Shown one piece after another: positions 39,241 through 52,583 of a DNA stretch of 64,000 bases. The DNA lies in assembly GCF_006345805.1 (NCBI RefSeq), contig NC_043007.1:65968001-66032000 (forward strand), given 5' to 3'. The notes beneath the pieces are model-generated. The model worked only from the letters and a program-made list of their open reading frames with translations. It was not told the DNA's origin and ran no database searches. The translations under genes and the position numbers were made by a program. This DNA is from Octopus sinensis (Eukaryota). Position 1 is the first letter of the stretch, and each line of letters opens with the position of its first letter.

Positions 39241-40358
39241 TAGATGAGATAGGATTGGATGCGATGGAGGGAGGAGAGAGAGAAAAGGTGAATGACTCCA
39301 AGCTCGTAGGCGAAATGATGTAGATCTAAGCGTGGGAACAGACAGAAAAGAGAAAGAGTTGAAAATCAAAAGAAGGAAAATGGTGTAATAGAAAGGTGAA
39401 GATATATTAACACGAATACAAAAGAGTAGAACGAAAAGTAAAGGGGGAAATGGTGAGAGAGAGATTATGACGAAGAAAAGAAAGAAAGAAAGAAAGAAAG
39501 AAAGGGAAAGGTGGGATAAGGGGGAGGAGAGACAGAGTGGAAGAGTTGAAAGAAAAATAGAGAAATGGAGTTTCCCCCTTTTCACTTTTAAGTACAAAAT
39601 TCTCAAGCAGCTGCAACGGGACGAAACAATCTTGTAAACGAGCTTCGATAGCCATCAGCTTCCCAACCACGGCTTCCTTCCACTCCTCAACCGACAAGCT
39701 CTTTCAAGAACAGCGGGCCGTAATCCCATCTCACACATACACCTCGTAACCATTTCGCTAGCAAAATCAACAATTCAACACACCAATCACACACATACAC
39801 ACATATGTATGTGTGTATGTGTGCATGTATCTTTAAAAAGAGATCAGAACACAAAGTGTCAATGTGGATTAATCATTGTTAAACCGTGCCATTGATTTCG
39901 TTTTCCAAGCTCCCACACAACAATAACTACTGCCGCTGTTAAACAAGAACAACATAAGAAACAGCAACATCAGTGACAGCAACATATACAATATCAACGG
40001 TAATAAATAAATAAATACGAAACCATAAATTATGTCAGCGAGGTGACGAGCGTATAATCGATTGAAACTGCTTCAGTACTTGACTGGTTCTTTATTTTAT
40101 TGAACCCTAAGAAAATGAAAAGCCCAAAGAAAGCCGTCATAGTTGGGATTTGAACGCAAGAGCACAAAAGTCGTGTAGCTAAATAAAACACCGATTTATT
40201 TTGCCTGAAGTTCTACTGATTTTTACGTATCAACCTTCTTAAAAATTGTACTAGTTTCTAGCATTTGGTAAATTCTCGTCTAACCGTCCTCTCCACAACA
40301 ACAACGACGACAACGATAATGATGATGAGAATGATGATGATGATGATGATGATGATGT

Positions 40359-40449
<91 letters not shown>

Positions 40450-40850
40450 CCTTTCTACTAAAGGTACAAGGCCCGGATTTTTTTGTGGTAGTGGAAGGGG
40501 ATCAGTCGATTACATCGACCTCAGTCCCCAACGGGTACTTATTTTATCGATCCCGAAAGGATGAAAGGGCAAAGTCAACCTCGGCGGAATTCGAACTCAG
40601 AACTTAAAAAGCCGGAAGAAATGCCATTTAATAATGATTTGAAGACTTGGAACAAGGGGAGTTATTTTCGGAAGACGAAGTTAGTCGATTATCTTGTGCC
40701 CCCAGTATTTCAGTGGTATTTTAGTTTATCAACCCCCGAAAGAATGAAAGACTATTTCGGTCTCGGTAGGACATGAACTCAGAAGTTAAGGAGCCAGAAT
40801 GAATATTCCAAAGCATTTTCTCGACGTACAAACCAGTCTGGTGGATGTGA
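40450..40850 (-). mobile_element. Two tandem SINE family A copies
   Basis: Two successive atcga.ccc.gaaag.atgaaag...cgg motifs (about 40450-40625 and 40670-40850). Confidence 0.78.
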
Positions 40851-41034
40851 TGAATATGATGAATATGATGATGATGATGACAACGATGACGACGACGAAG
40901 ATGAGGACGAGGATGATGGTGATGAAGAGGATGAGAATGACGATAACAAAAGAAATATAACAGCAACAACAACAACAATAATAATGGTTTCAAATTTTTG
41001 GCACAGACAATAATAATAATAATAATAATAATAA

Positions 41035-41084
<50 letters not shown>

Positions 41085-41122
41085 ACAACAACAACAACAA
41101 TAATAATAATAATAATATAATA

Positions 41123-41169
<47 letters not shown>

Positions 41170-41759
41170 GAAATTAATTTTCCTTTATTTACCATAAGGA
41201 CACCGAAACAGACATTTGATAGACGGAAACACGACTCAAAAAGAAAGAAAAAACAACGTTAAGTTTTAAAACTCGTTTCTATAAAAACAGTTCTTTATTT
41301 TGTTTTTATTTATATTTTAAATAACGATTAAATAAAACTATAGTAATATAAAACATGTCCATGAATGAATAAATGAATCCCTAAATGGGTATATCACACT
41401 GAGCAAATCAAGAGCATCCTGGAAAAAAAACCCAGACCGTCTTCCAGTAATGGTTAATGCCTTCCTTCACTACTCAATATAGCCTGCAAGCGAAATCGAG
41501 GGGTCGAGTTTTTCACCCACGTCATGCCTGCCATTCAAGCACGCCCACCCTTCATAAAATATATTCGATGACGGGACTCCTGTCTACCCCTTTCTACTTT
41601 CACTTTCACTTTCCGCTTCAGCAACATCAAATTAGCAATGGTATAAAAATAAAAATGAAACGAAGTAAAATATAATAAAAATGACGATAACAGCAATATT
41701 AACCGCAATGGCAAAACGCAAACAATGGCGAGCAGCAGAAAATACAGCTGCAGTAACAC

Positions 41760-41802
41760 AACAATAACAACAATAGCAACGATAATAATAATAATAATAA
41801 TA

Positions 41803-41850
<48 letters not shown>

Positions 41851-42115
41851 TAATAATAATAATAATATAATAATGATAATAATAATAATAATAATAATAA
41901 TATAATATAATAATAATAATAATAATAATATAATCATAATAATAATAATAATAATAATGATAATAATAATAATAATAATATAATATAATAATAATAATAA
42001 TAATAATAACATAATAATAATAATAATAATATATAATAATAATATAATAACAATAATAATAACAATAATAATAATAATAATAATAATAATGATAATAATA
42101 ATAATAATAATAATA

Positions 42116-42153
<38 letters not shown>

Positions 42154-42161
42154 TAATAATA

Positions 42162-42245
<84 letters not shown>

Positions 42246-42250
42246 TACAT
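41760..42250. repeat. Long interrupted (AAT)n microsatellite with degenerate AAC/AAT flanks
   Basis: Direct inspection. Confidence 0.97.
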
Positions 42251-43436
42251 AATATCACGTCTGTAGTAACACAAGAACAACAGTATTAATAATACCAATA
42301 TAATGAAACCAATAACACAATAGCAATAACGACAACATCGATATCACGCCACCAGTACCAATAACAAAAATCGCCGATATCACGTCAGCAATAATACAAC
42401 AATAATAACAACAATAACAACACCAATGTTTGCACATGAATAACATAACGACGATAACAATACCTATATCACGACAACAATAACAACATCGGTATCTCAA
42501 CAGCAATGATGACCGCAGTAACAAAATACGAACAACTTAACAACAAAGGTCGCTAGACGTGCAAGAAATAAGAACCAATAAGAACAATCAAATAAAGTTT
42601 TATAGTCTTAATTTAGACACATAGGATAATTTAGTTTCTAGTATAAAAAATGTTGGGATAGTTATAGTAGGAATTTACATATTGAATAGAGTGGTTCTTT
42701 GATTCGTTGTCGGAAAAGAAGACAAACCTTCCATTGTATAGAGTCACCGTAGACCTGTGACTAAACAACAAAAACAATTACAGCAACAACTGCAACACAG
42801 AATTGTCCTGGAGCTAAACACTAACATCAGCCACAATACATAACTAACGTGGCATTAAAGAACAACAACAACCACTACCACCAAAACAGCGAAAACATTG
42901 ATCCAGCGTCTTAAAAAACGAAAATATGTACTGAATATGCAAAAGATGAAATGGTTATGACTGGAACGTCTTTAATCAGAGATCTGCTCTATCAGGGCTG
43001 ATCTGGTGGGTTTAAGCTAGTTCATTTGATATTCAAGAAATAGCAACTAAATTCCTCTTTAAATCCTATTGTATCTTCTTAAGGTAATATCTGAGACTAA
43101 ATTGGATAACGGTAATATCAGACACACACTGATTGAATATGAGACTGGATGGTCATGGAATATTTTTTATCATAGGACAGCAAATTAATCAGGATTGGCT
43201 AACAACGAGAACGTTAAAAAAGTATTAGAAAGCATCTTTAAATATCTATTTTTATATATTTTTCAATAAAATTATCTCTTCTCATCAAGCCTAGCGTGGT
43301 GGATGTATCAGAGAAAGAGAAGGAAAAAACACGAAAACCAAGTGAGGGAAAGGAAAAAATCAGAAAAAAATTATTTCCAACTTTTGTTTCAGTCATAGCA
43401 GGATTGATTTATAGACTTTATCCATATCCTAACATA

Positions 43437-44327
43437 CGAGAAGGTACCCAGAAGTAACCGGAAGCATTCTCTGAGGGACAAATCCATTGTAGTGCAGGCT
43501 TTCGCCGCTAGACCCTCAGGTATCATTCTGCTGACTGGCGTCGTCGGGTGGAATCGTACTGCTAGATAGTGCGTCTTTGTTTCGTATTGCTTCTCCCTGT
43601 TCGTTTATTTTTCCGATGGCTGAATCGAAGAAACAGTGTGCTTCCGTGAAATTCTCTTTCCTCCTGGGTAAAACATCGGCCGAAACAGTTGTCATGTTTC
43701 AAACAGCTTAGAAGGACGCTGCCATGAGCAAAATAAGTTTACGAGTGGTTTTCACGCTTTAAAAATGGTCACTTGTCACTTGAAGACCAAACTCGTTCAG
43801 AGCAACCGTCGACTTCAAGAACGAATGAAAATATCACGAAAATTCATGAACTGATCTTGGAGGACCGTCACCGAACAATTGCCGAACTTGATATGATTGA
43901 TGTGCCCTGGGGATCCTGCCAACGAATTTTGAGCAAGGAATTGTGAATAAAAAGAGTTACAGCAAAATTTGTGCCTCGCTTGCTCACGGGAGATCAAAAG
44001 CAGTCATGACTGAATGTGTGTCGGGAACTGAAGCACAGTTGGAAGTTGATCTGAACCTTTTTCGATATTGTTTTGTTCCCACAAATGAAAAAGTCCTTAC
44101 AGGAAAGCGTTTTGCAGACGTGGAAGAGGTGAAGAAAAAATGACGGAGGCGTTAAAATGCATCACTTCGCAAAAGTTCCAGCACTGCTTCAAATAGTGGA
44201 AAATGCGTCTGGACCGATGCATACCTTCAAATGGAGAATACTTTAAAGGCAATAAAAGTGTAAACATGTAAAACTAAGTGAATAAAATAATATTACAAAA
44301 TTCCAGTTTCTTTTCGGTACCCCCTTG
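43437..44327 (+). mobile_element. Internally deleted mariner-like element with TIRs and TA duplication
   Basis: ta|cgagaaggtacccagaagtaaccggaa ... ttccagtttcttttcggtacccccttg|ta; transposase pieces KFSFLLGKTSAET, LEDQTRS..PSTSRT, KFVPRLL, KGKRFADVEEVK. Confidence 0.92.
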
Positions 44328-45187
44328 TATGTGACTCAAGAAAATAGCAGCTTCAGACGATTGTCTACACCTCAAAGAATATATCGGAAAACGGTTTGTG
44401 AATAAGTCTGAAATTATTGGCTGATATAAGATATTTTCACAAAATAGAAAACCCCCTGGAAGTATTTATTATTTTGTATGTAAACATCAAGAACGTTCTT
44501 TCTTTTCTCTCTTAAATTACGAAAGTTCTATGAAGAAAAATAAAACAAAAACAAAAACAAATCACTCGCATACCATGAATTTCCTCCGAATTGTAATTAT
44601 TTTCATCTTTAATAAAAACTTCGCAAAAAAAATTTAATTAATAAGTGACAGGTTATGTCATATTGGTAACTTCTAAGAAGAATAACATTGTTCTATACAT
44701 AATTGTAAGAAGTTCGAAATAAGTAAAAAGAATAAATTTGAATTCTATGCGTTCTTTTCCTCGTAATTGAAAATATTTTAAATTCAAAATTTTAATGTTG
44801 CCTCATGTTGTGACGGGAGGATTACCCGACTTCTAGTAGCTGCCATTAGGGAAACCACATTTAGTTAATAGTTAGTATTATTAGTAACCAGAGAAGTGGT
44901 AGAATTACTAAAATGATAGCGGATTAACGTGTTAGAAGTAGTAGAAGTGGCGGCAGTGGCGTTAGCGGTGGTAGTGATGGTGGTGGTGGTGGTGGTATGG
45001 AATACTTGTAGAGGTGGTAGTGGTATTGCAGAATTCAGAAAGACCCCAGAGAATATAAACCATTTAGAATGGTGCTCTACCGCTCATCTAATACACACAT
45101 ACATACACATGTGTGCAGTTCTGCATTTCCAATGACATTGAGGTCTAATTCTTTTATATATATATTCTTTTTATATATATATATATA

Positions 45188-45479
45188 TCACCGTCACCGT
45201 GACCGACCAGGCTATTAGATGGTGCCACACATCGCTGGTCACAATGCGCTTCGCATTGTTTTAGCCTTCAAATGACGCCACTCCGCTGGCTCAGCGAGCC
45301 GGCCAACAGAAGAAAGAGTGAGAGAAAGTTGTGGCGAAAGAGTATAGCAGGGATCTCCACCACTCACTGCTAGAGCCTCGCGGAGCTTTAGGTGTTTTCG
45401 CTCAATAAACACTCACAACGCCCGGTCTGGGGATCGAAACCGAGATCCGCTGCCCTAACCACTGGGCCATTGCACCTCC
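45188..45479 (-). mobile_element. tRNA-type SINE family C with alternative 3' tail
   Basis: Minus head ggaggtgcaatggcccagtggttagggcagcgg...ggtttcgatcccc. Confidence 0.88.
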
Positions 45480-45484
45480 ATATA

Positions 45485-45558
<74 letters not shown>

Positions 45559-45937
45559 CATATATATATATATATATATATATACTTGGTGAATTGAAGA
45601 GAAATGGAGCTGAACGCAGATTGAACAGAAATCGTTTTATTTCATTCTACACGTGTTTCGAAAGGCACAAATTACCAAAATCCGATTGAATAATGGGACC
45701 TATTGTGTTTCTTTCAGGAGAGAAGAAAAAAGGAAATCCGTTGGAAAAACAAAAACAGAACAGAGGCAGAGCAAAAAACAAATCGAACTGTGCTCCTAAG
45801 AGCCCATGCGAAATGTTACTAAGGTATCGGTTAAACTTTTGATTAATCTACTACAAGATTATTCATCTTTCTATTTCACATATATATATATATATATTAT
45901 ATAATAAAAAAGTTGTTTGTGAAAGCACGTGGGTGAA

Positions 45938-46498
45938 TATATAGAAAATAGTAAGAGTGAAAAAACTACAGAAGGCTTAAATGTTAAAAAATATATATAT
46001 TTGCGTCAATATGTCTGAAGAATATTAGAAAATTAAAAAAAAAAGTTTTTTTTCTCTTATAATGACATAATTTAAAAGAAAGACCGGTTTCGCGTGTAGC
46101 TTTTCAAATTTCTTGCGACGTTATGTTTATGTTGAATAGAGTTATCGTTAAGCCCAGACTCAACCATCCGAACATACTGATACAGAGAAATTCACACCAA
46201 GGGAAAGGAAAAATTTTTGAAGCGATTATCTCCCTTACACCGGAAGAAATCACTCACTACCTCCCCTTATTTAGAACTCTCCTGAACATAAACATAACGA
46301 TAACTCTATTCAACATAAACATAACGTCGCAAGAAATTTGAAAAGCTACACGCGAAACCGGTCTTTCTTTTAAATTATGCCATTATAAGAGAAAAAAAAT
46401 TTTTTTTTAATTTTCTAGTATTCTTCAGACATATTGACGCAAATATATATATTTTTTAACATTTAAGCCTTCTGTAGTTTTTTCACTCTTTACTATTT

Positions 46499-46503
<5 letters not shown>
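45938..46503 (+). mobile_element. 5'-truncated Penelope-like element 3' end with inverted terminal-repeat copy
   Basis: Near-identical arms 45938-46150 and 46295-46503; spacer encodes a GIY-YIG-tail-like ..KIFEAII..; each arm has a degenerate hammerhead ending GAAACCGGTC. Confidence 0.75.
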
Positions 46504-46588
<85 letters not shown>

Positions 46589-46919
46589 CTAGGCGAGCAG
46601 GCCAATTTTTACCCCTGATCGAAAGAACTGGAACTGCTTGAAATGAAGTGCTTTGCTCAAGAACACAACACGCTGCCCTGTCAGGGAATCGAACCTACGA
46701 TCTAACGATCGTCAGTTTAATAGCTTAAACACTAGAGCACGTGCCTTTACTCAGACACGCACACAGATACATATACATACGCACATACGCGTGCGCACTC
46801 ATACACACATATATATGTATATATACATATGTATATATATGTACGTATGTGTACGTGTATATATATATATATATATATATACATATATCTCTATATATAC
46901 TTATATATATTATATATAT

Positions 46920-46963
<44 letters not shown>

Positions 46964-46999
46964 CATATATATATCTGTATATATATATACATATATATA

Positions 47000-47054
<55 letters not shown>

Positions 47055-47694
47055 TAAAAATGAATATGTGTGTGTGTGCCAGCCTATAGGAAGAAAAAAT
47101 ACACCGTCGATATAAAAACTAAAGCTAATTCTTGTGTAAAATTCCACGGCGAAGACAATGGAAATGGTGCCGAATCCCTAGCAGCCCTCCGAAGGGAGCC
47201 GCTGGCCCTTTTCAACATGTACGTATCGCAGTTCCAAACAATATGAAAGGTTTAAGGGAGTAATTTCATCTAATTACAAAAAAGTAATAATAACCTAAGG
47301 GGGATAATTTCTCAACGAACAGACATTCAGTCGCTCCGTTCCACGTCAGATACAACCCAACGTTTCTGCGTGCGTATGTGCTCGTGGAGAAAGCTGCACA
47401 TCCACAAAGACCAGTCGCACAGGAGCAGAAAAAAACTGAGAAGTTTGACTTAACGTGCCTAAGGAAGCTTTCTCTGCCTTGCTTGCTTCACAACGCAAAA
47501 TACTCTAAATATGCATGTGCATATAACACATAGGCCGAAACTGTTTTGATGATTACAAGCTTGACTGATAAGTAGAAAGCCACGAATATTCCGTCCTAGT
47601 TTTCCTGTCCGTCTTTGAATCGTCTATCTGTCCCCGTATGGTTTCAATGTCGTCCGTTACGTTCTTGTTCCGTTTTTTTAATTTATATATACAT

Positions 47695-47733
<39 letters not shown>

Positions 47734-47738
47734 CATAC

Positions 47739-47773
<35 letters not shown>

Positions 47774-47809
47774 ATATATATATTATATATATATATAATA
47801 TATATATAT

Positions 47810-47844
<35 letters not shown>

Positions 47845-47899
47845 ATATATATATATGTATATGTATATATGTATATACATGAAACTATACAGGTTAGGA

Positions 47900-49015
47900 A
47901 AATTATATAATTTTTTCTACCCGTGGGTGGCATGTATAACATAGTCAATAGACAACATATTGTCAGCAGGAACAATCAAAGTCCAAACCACGGTTAAGAG
48001 CAATTTCGAAGGGAATGACAAATAAAAACATTTACAATATTTACCATCCGCACCTAAGTTTCGAATTCTAATTAATAGATAAAGCAATTTGTTAGGCGAA
48101 GTTCTCATCAGCGGGAGCGCACGTAAAAGTTAAATATATTAAGGCGAGACTTGCTGTTTTGTCTCATAATTATATGTTAATTTTTGTGCGCTCCCGCTGA
48201 TGAGAACTTCGCCTAACAAATTGTTTTATTTTTTAATTAGAGTTCGACACCTAGGAGCTCACTGTCTTTTCAATGATCTTAATGTTGAGTTTAGCCTCCT
48301 CCAGAGCTTTCCTAAATCTACGGGCTAGACTAAATGAACATTTGAGATAATATGACTACTAAAAACAATCCTCCATGCTCTAACAATGCTTGTACGAGGA
48401 CACAATATAAAAAGCAGCTTCTATCTGGGATCTTGGGGGGACCAAAAACGTAACAAATATTTATCTATATTTGGACATGATCCAAAAAGTTCAGTTCTTG
48501 AATTTAGACATGTAGCGGGGTTTAAGGAGCTTTTCCAGATGAGCCATCTTTCCATATCACAAGATCGCACTTTCTACTGCCGTTGGTGTAAGGCCTACAC
48601 TTGGCTAAGATCTTCCAATGAATGTTATAGCTGACACATTTTTCTTTTAAGGACCATATGTAACTGGATAATTTGGTTGTTTCTCTTTTTTTCCCAGAAT
48701 CTGAAGCTGAAGGTGTGATTGTTGAACCTGGCTTTGAAATTCCCCTCTGTGAGACCCACATATTTCTTTGACGAAACTATGTTCTTAGTGGTTGTAGAGT
48801 CTACAGTGGCTTCATAAATGATGGTCTCTGACATGCAAGCTCCATTTTTCGGGCACAAATTTTTATCCGTGCATGAACAGCTGGTTTCATTTTGTTATTT
48901 TTGTTTGTTGTGTGCTATTATATCTTTAAAATTAGTAGTAGAACTAAAACTAATTTTTAGGTTATGAAGAGCTTTCTATAATTATGATTGATTGGAAAAT
49001 GCTTATCTATAAGTG
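47900..49015 (-). mobile_element. Penelope-like element 3' fragment (GIY-YIG endonuclease; Naiad-like Cys pattern) with fold-back hammerhead pair
   Basis: DKHFPINH..RKLF, SCSCTDKNLCPKNGAC, IIYEATV, YVGLTEGNFKARFNNH, LSSYIWSLK, CRPY..GSRKCDL(C)DMERWLI..LNSRTELFGSCP (frameshifted). Confidence 0.88.
48053..48255. ncRNA. Two inverted hammerhead-like motifs forming one hairpin
   Basis: Minus 48122-48053: ccg-CTGATGA-gaact..aattc-GAAAC-ttag-GT-g-cgg; plus 48186-48255: CTGATGA-gaact..agttc-GACAC-ctag-g. Confidence 0.75.
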
Positions 49016-49019
49016 ATAA

Positions 49020-51720
49020 GAAATATCTACCTATATTAAGGTCACTTCGGAGGAGTAAGGCGTTAACTAACTGTGGACTCTGAAATACCAGGCTATTACA
49101 GTACATGGTCTCCTACTCTAAATGGAATAGCTGGGCTCTTTGGAACCGTGCAGTGATGTCCAGTTCGCAGTCTGGTATAGCTCTTAATTTCGAAATTCGG
49201 TGCCAGACTCTCCAGTATCTGCCATACTTATATCACTGCGTATATCTCCCGTCTTTGCTCCAAAGAGAAGAGTCATAGCATTTTCAGCCTCTCCCAGTAT
49301 CTCAGCTTTTTCATTGATGTAATCTTCCTTGTGTAGCTTCGCTAAAATGTCTCAAGTTCCACTATCAATCTAACACTAGGGTGGCCACAAATGAGAGCAG
49401 TAGCCCAGACGGCATAGTTTCTTGGTCCCTTGTTCTGAAGGTTCTCAGAATCCACCCGGCCATTCGCCTGCACATTGCTACCATCTTGGTAATATGCATG
49501 TAAAACGAGGCATCCTTGCTCATATCAGTCCCAAGATCATGTAACGTATGTGATTCTGGGATTGCCGCTCCTTTTGGTCCAAAATATCATTATTGTGGGT
49601 TCTGAGTGTCAATTAGCTGGTAGCAGAGGACTTGAAATTTGCCTGTATTAAAGTACACGTTGTTTCTTTCAGCCAATATATATATATGGCATCTGGGTCT
49701 TTTTGTAGAAGACTAGCATCAGAAAGTTCCTTAACTGCTTTTACTGCTTTTGTGTCATCGGCATAACTAGTAAGTGTGGCTGTCTGTGTAACTGATGGCA
49801 TGTCTGAGCCACCATGAACAGCAGCGGCCCCAGTGCAATTCCCTGAAGCACTCCATCCTTCATTACTGTCTCTTTGGAGAGGTCTCTATTGGCTGCCACA
49901 ACTTAGCTTGTGTCTTTTAAGAAGTTATGCTACCAATCTCCAAGTTTGTGACATATCATCCCATGATCAACTTTCTCAAAAGCTTTTGCAAAGTCGAGAT
50001 ATATTACATACACGCTTCAGCGATTCATTAATTGTTTCAACGCCCAATCATAATGCTACAAAAGCTGTGTAAGGCAACTTCTTCGTGAGCGGAAGCCATG
50101 CTGGGTGTCAGGAAGCAAGTCATTATCTTCAAGGAACGCAATAAGTTTCTTCCTGACAAAGCATTCCATGTATTTGCTGACATGGGAGGTTAGAAAGACA
50201 GATCTATAACGTTTAGCATCATCTCTGCTACCGTCTTTATGGATAGGACATATTATGCCTTCCTTTAAATTTTTGCGAAGTCTCCCTGTTATGAGGAAGC
50301 TCTAGAAGAGAATCTGAAGTGATCTTGCTGGGGTCTCTTTGCATTTCTTTAGGCGTATCGCTGGAAATCCATCAGGGCCTTGGGCTGAGTTTCAGTACAT
50401 TTAATCAATGACCGATATTACATCAGTTTCCTCTATTTTGATGCTTTCAATAATTGCCATTTCTCTGTGTAGAACTGTGGTGTCAAAGAACTCATCAGGC
50501 ATAGCTACTTGCAAGTGCCCTAATGGAGTGGTGAAAGCATTCTTGTATTTCAAATTCTGTATTTCATTGATCCTCTGAGGGTCTGCAGTCGGCGAGCCAT
50601 TTTCTTCGAACAGTGGCCCTATCTTGTACCGTACTGAAGCAGACTATTTTGCTTATATAGAAGGTGTAGCGGTAGCTAAATAGTTGAATGATCTCCCTTG
50701 CAAGAAAGATTATAGAGTAACCTCCAATTCTAAGTTTCTCGAAGCATCTGTGTCATGAGCTGTGATTCTTAATTATTCAGGAAGCTTAGCGTTTCTCTTG
50801 GAAGTTTCTAGAATGTCTAGCGTTCCATTAATAAAACAGTCTGCTAACCCCGCTCTTCGCTTCTTAGTCGATTAGACTTAGAGCCATTCATGTCATTGCT
50901 ATGTCCGTCAATTTCTCTACGCAACATGACTGAAAACCAGCACTTAGCTGTTATTTCTACATTTTCTATCACTGAACTTTCTTGCATAGATTACTTCATT
51001 CAACTAGATTCTACACTTTGATTATGTATCATCATCGACCAGTAAATAAAATATATTTTAGATATTAAATATATAGTTCTTGAATTTATTCTTCATCTCT
51101 ATATGAACTCCTGTAATAATATGAACGCAGCCATATCAGCACCTGGTACTGATTATATATTCCCACTACAAAGGCTTTTCGGTTTGTCTTAATATTTTTG
51201 ACAGCCCTGGCCTCTTTTTCTACCCTCTCCTTTTCATGGGAGTGTTTCAGTTCATTTTCGAACTCGAGCAATGTTTGTGAGATAGGATTGGGATCGTTTG
51301 TTATCCTTTAGTGGCCCATTTAGACGATTTGAGATTTTTGTTCGTCATTTCATTAGAATCCTCATATCCCTGTGTATTATATATTTCTGTTAGTTTGGCA
51401 TTCTCTCTGGAGCAGACTTACTGCATATGTTATGCAAGAGTGTCATAAAGTTCTGTAGTTTTATGTCAATATCTTGCGTAGAGAGACTGGTAGACCAGTT
51501 TCGTTCCATGACCTCTTTCTTGATACAGCTCTGTGAAAGTTCAGACAGGAGAGAAGTTGGTTGCTTCTAATAGCCAGCATGTATGTAGTCTTCTGCAGAC
51601 CATACATTGTTTGTTCTATTAAGCTATTGTCTGAGAAAATCGTCGGTGTCACCTTAATATTATGGATGAGCGCCGCGTTATTTGTGAAGCAGAGATCTAG
51701 GACATTTTTCCCCTTGTTGG
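49020..51720 (-). mobile_element. Degraded CR1-clade LINE (APE end plus RT), interrupted by a solo LTR
   Basis: TPTIFSD.., EKEARAVKNIKTNRKAF, SAQGPDGFPAI, YRSVFLTSH, SGVLQGIALGPLLF, SYADDTK. Confidence 0.88.
50665..51170 (+). mobile_element. Solo LTR (506 bp) with 4-bp TSD
   Basis: aagg|TGTAG...CTACA|aagg; removing it restores the CR1 reading; AATAAA near 51045. Confidence 0.85.
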
Positions 51721-51770
51721 GTGGAGCACTATTTGCTCCATAATGAGCCTGTTTGTGAGGTCAAGCAGAG

Positions 51771-52240
51771 ATGATTTTTTCATACAGAAAGCGAAATCAA
51801 TTGATCCTGAAATATACACATATCTTACTTCTGTATTCCACACAAGATAACACTGTTTCTGTTATATCCATTGCGTTGGCATTCTATATTTTGACAGTGA
51901 GTTACATTTTATCTGTGAAGGTGTTGACTTGCTAGCCACCTTATAATTATCAATATTATTATTAATAACGGTAATAATACTTATGTAATTTACATTTATA
52001 CTAAGTCACGATAAGTTCGTTTTGAATGTTGCGGGGACATTCAAAAATATAGAACGCACACGGTGTAAGGTGATGATAAGTGTTATTTTCAGCTGATGAA
52101 CTTAAAGTATGATTTTCATACAGAAAGCGAAATTAATTGATCCTAAAATATACACATTCCTTACTTCTGTATTCAACGCAAATTTAAGCCCATTTCTGTT
52201 ATATTTATTGCATTGGCCGTGTGTATTTTAATAGTGAGTA
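51771..52240 (+). repeat. Two diverged ~133-bp direct repeats
   Basis: atgattttt(t)catacagaaagcgaaat..attgatcct.aaatatacaca...tagtgagt at 51771-51903 and 52109-52240. Confidence 0.85.
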
Positions 52241-52329
52241 ATTAGTGGTTTGGGAGCGATGGCTCTGCTTATAGCAAGTGGTATTTAAATACCCTATTGA
52301 ATTGTGACCGCAAGTGTATCGTTGGCAAT

Positions 52330-52505
52330 TTTCTTTCTCCGTCTTCCCTTCCGTGGACCTTTCCTTTTTCTATGTTTCTGACGAAGAGCTCCGCTCAAAA
52401 CGTTAAACCCTTCTTCTTTCTTTCCTTTCCTGAGCGTCCAATAACACTATACTTGTTCCACGTCCTCACGTTGTTGTGTTTTCACTTTGTTCATGTTTGG
52501 ATTAA
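52330..52505 (+). mobile_element. PLE terminal-repeat-like fragment with hammerhead-like motif (52374-52408)
   Basis: gttt-CTGACGA-A-GAGC[tcc]GCTC-aAAAC-GT-T-aaac; downstream ttcctgagcg.. as in the 8043 copy. Confidence 0.65.
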
Positions 52506-52550
52506 CTATATATATACATACATACATACATACATACATACATACATACA

Positions 52551-52583
<33 letters not shown>

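Noticed and set aside
41632-42524. ORFs of about 200 aa
   Set aside because: (AAT)n read-through
47100-47520. GC-richer island as a promoter or first exon
   Set aside because: Only short ORFs and generic motifs; insufficient support
48300-48900. Selenocysteine codon or SECIS in the Naiad-like PLE
   Set aside because: Cys positions are TGT/TGC and no SECIS-like hairpin was evident
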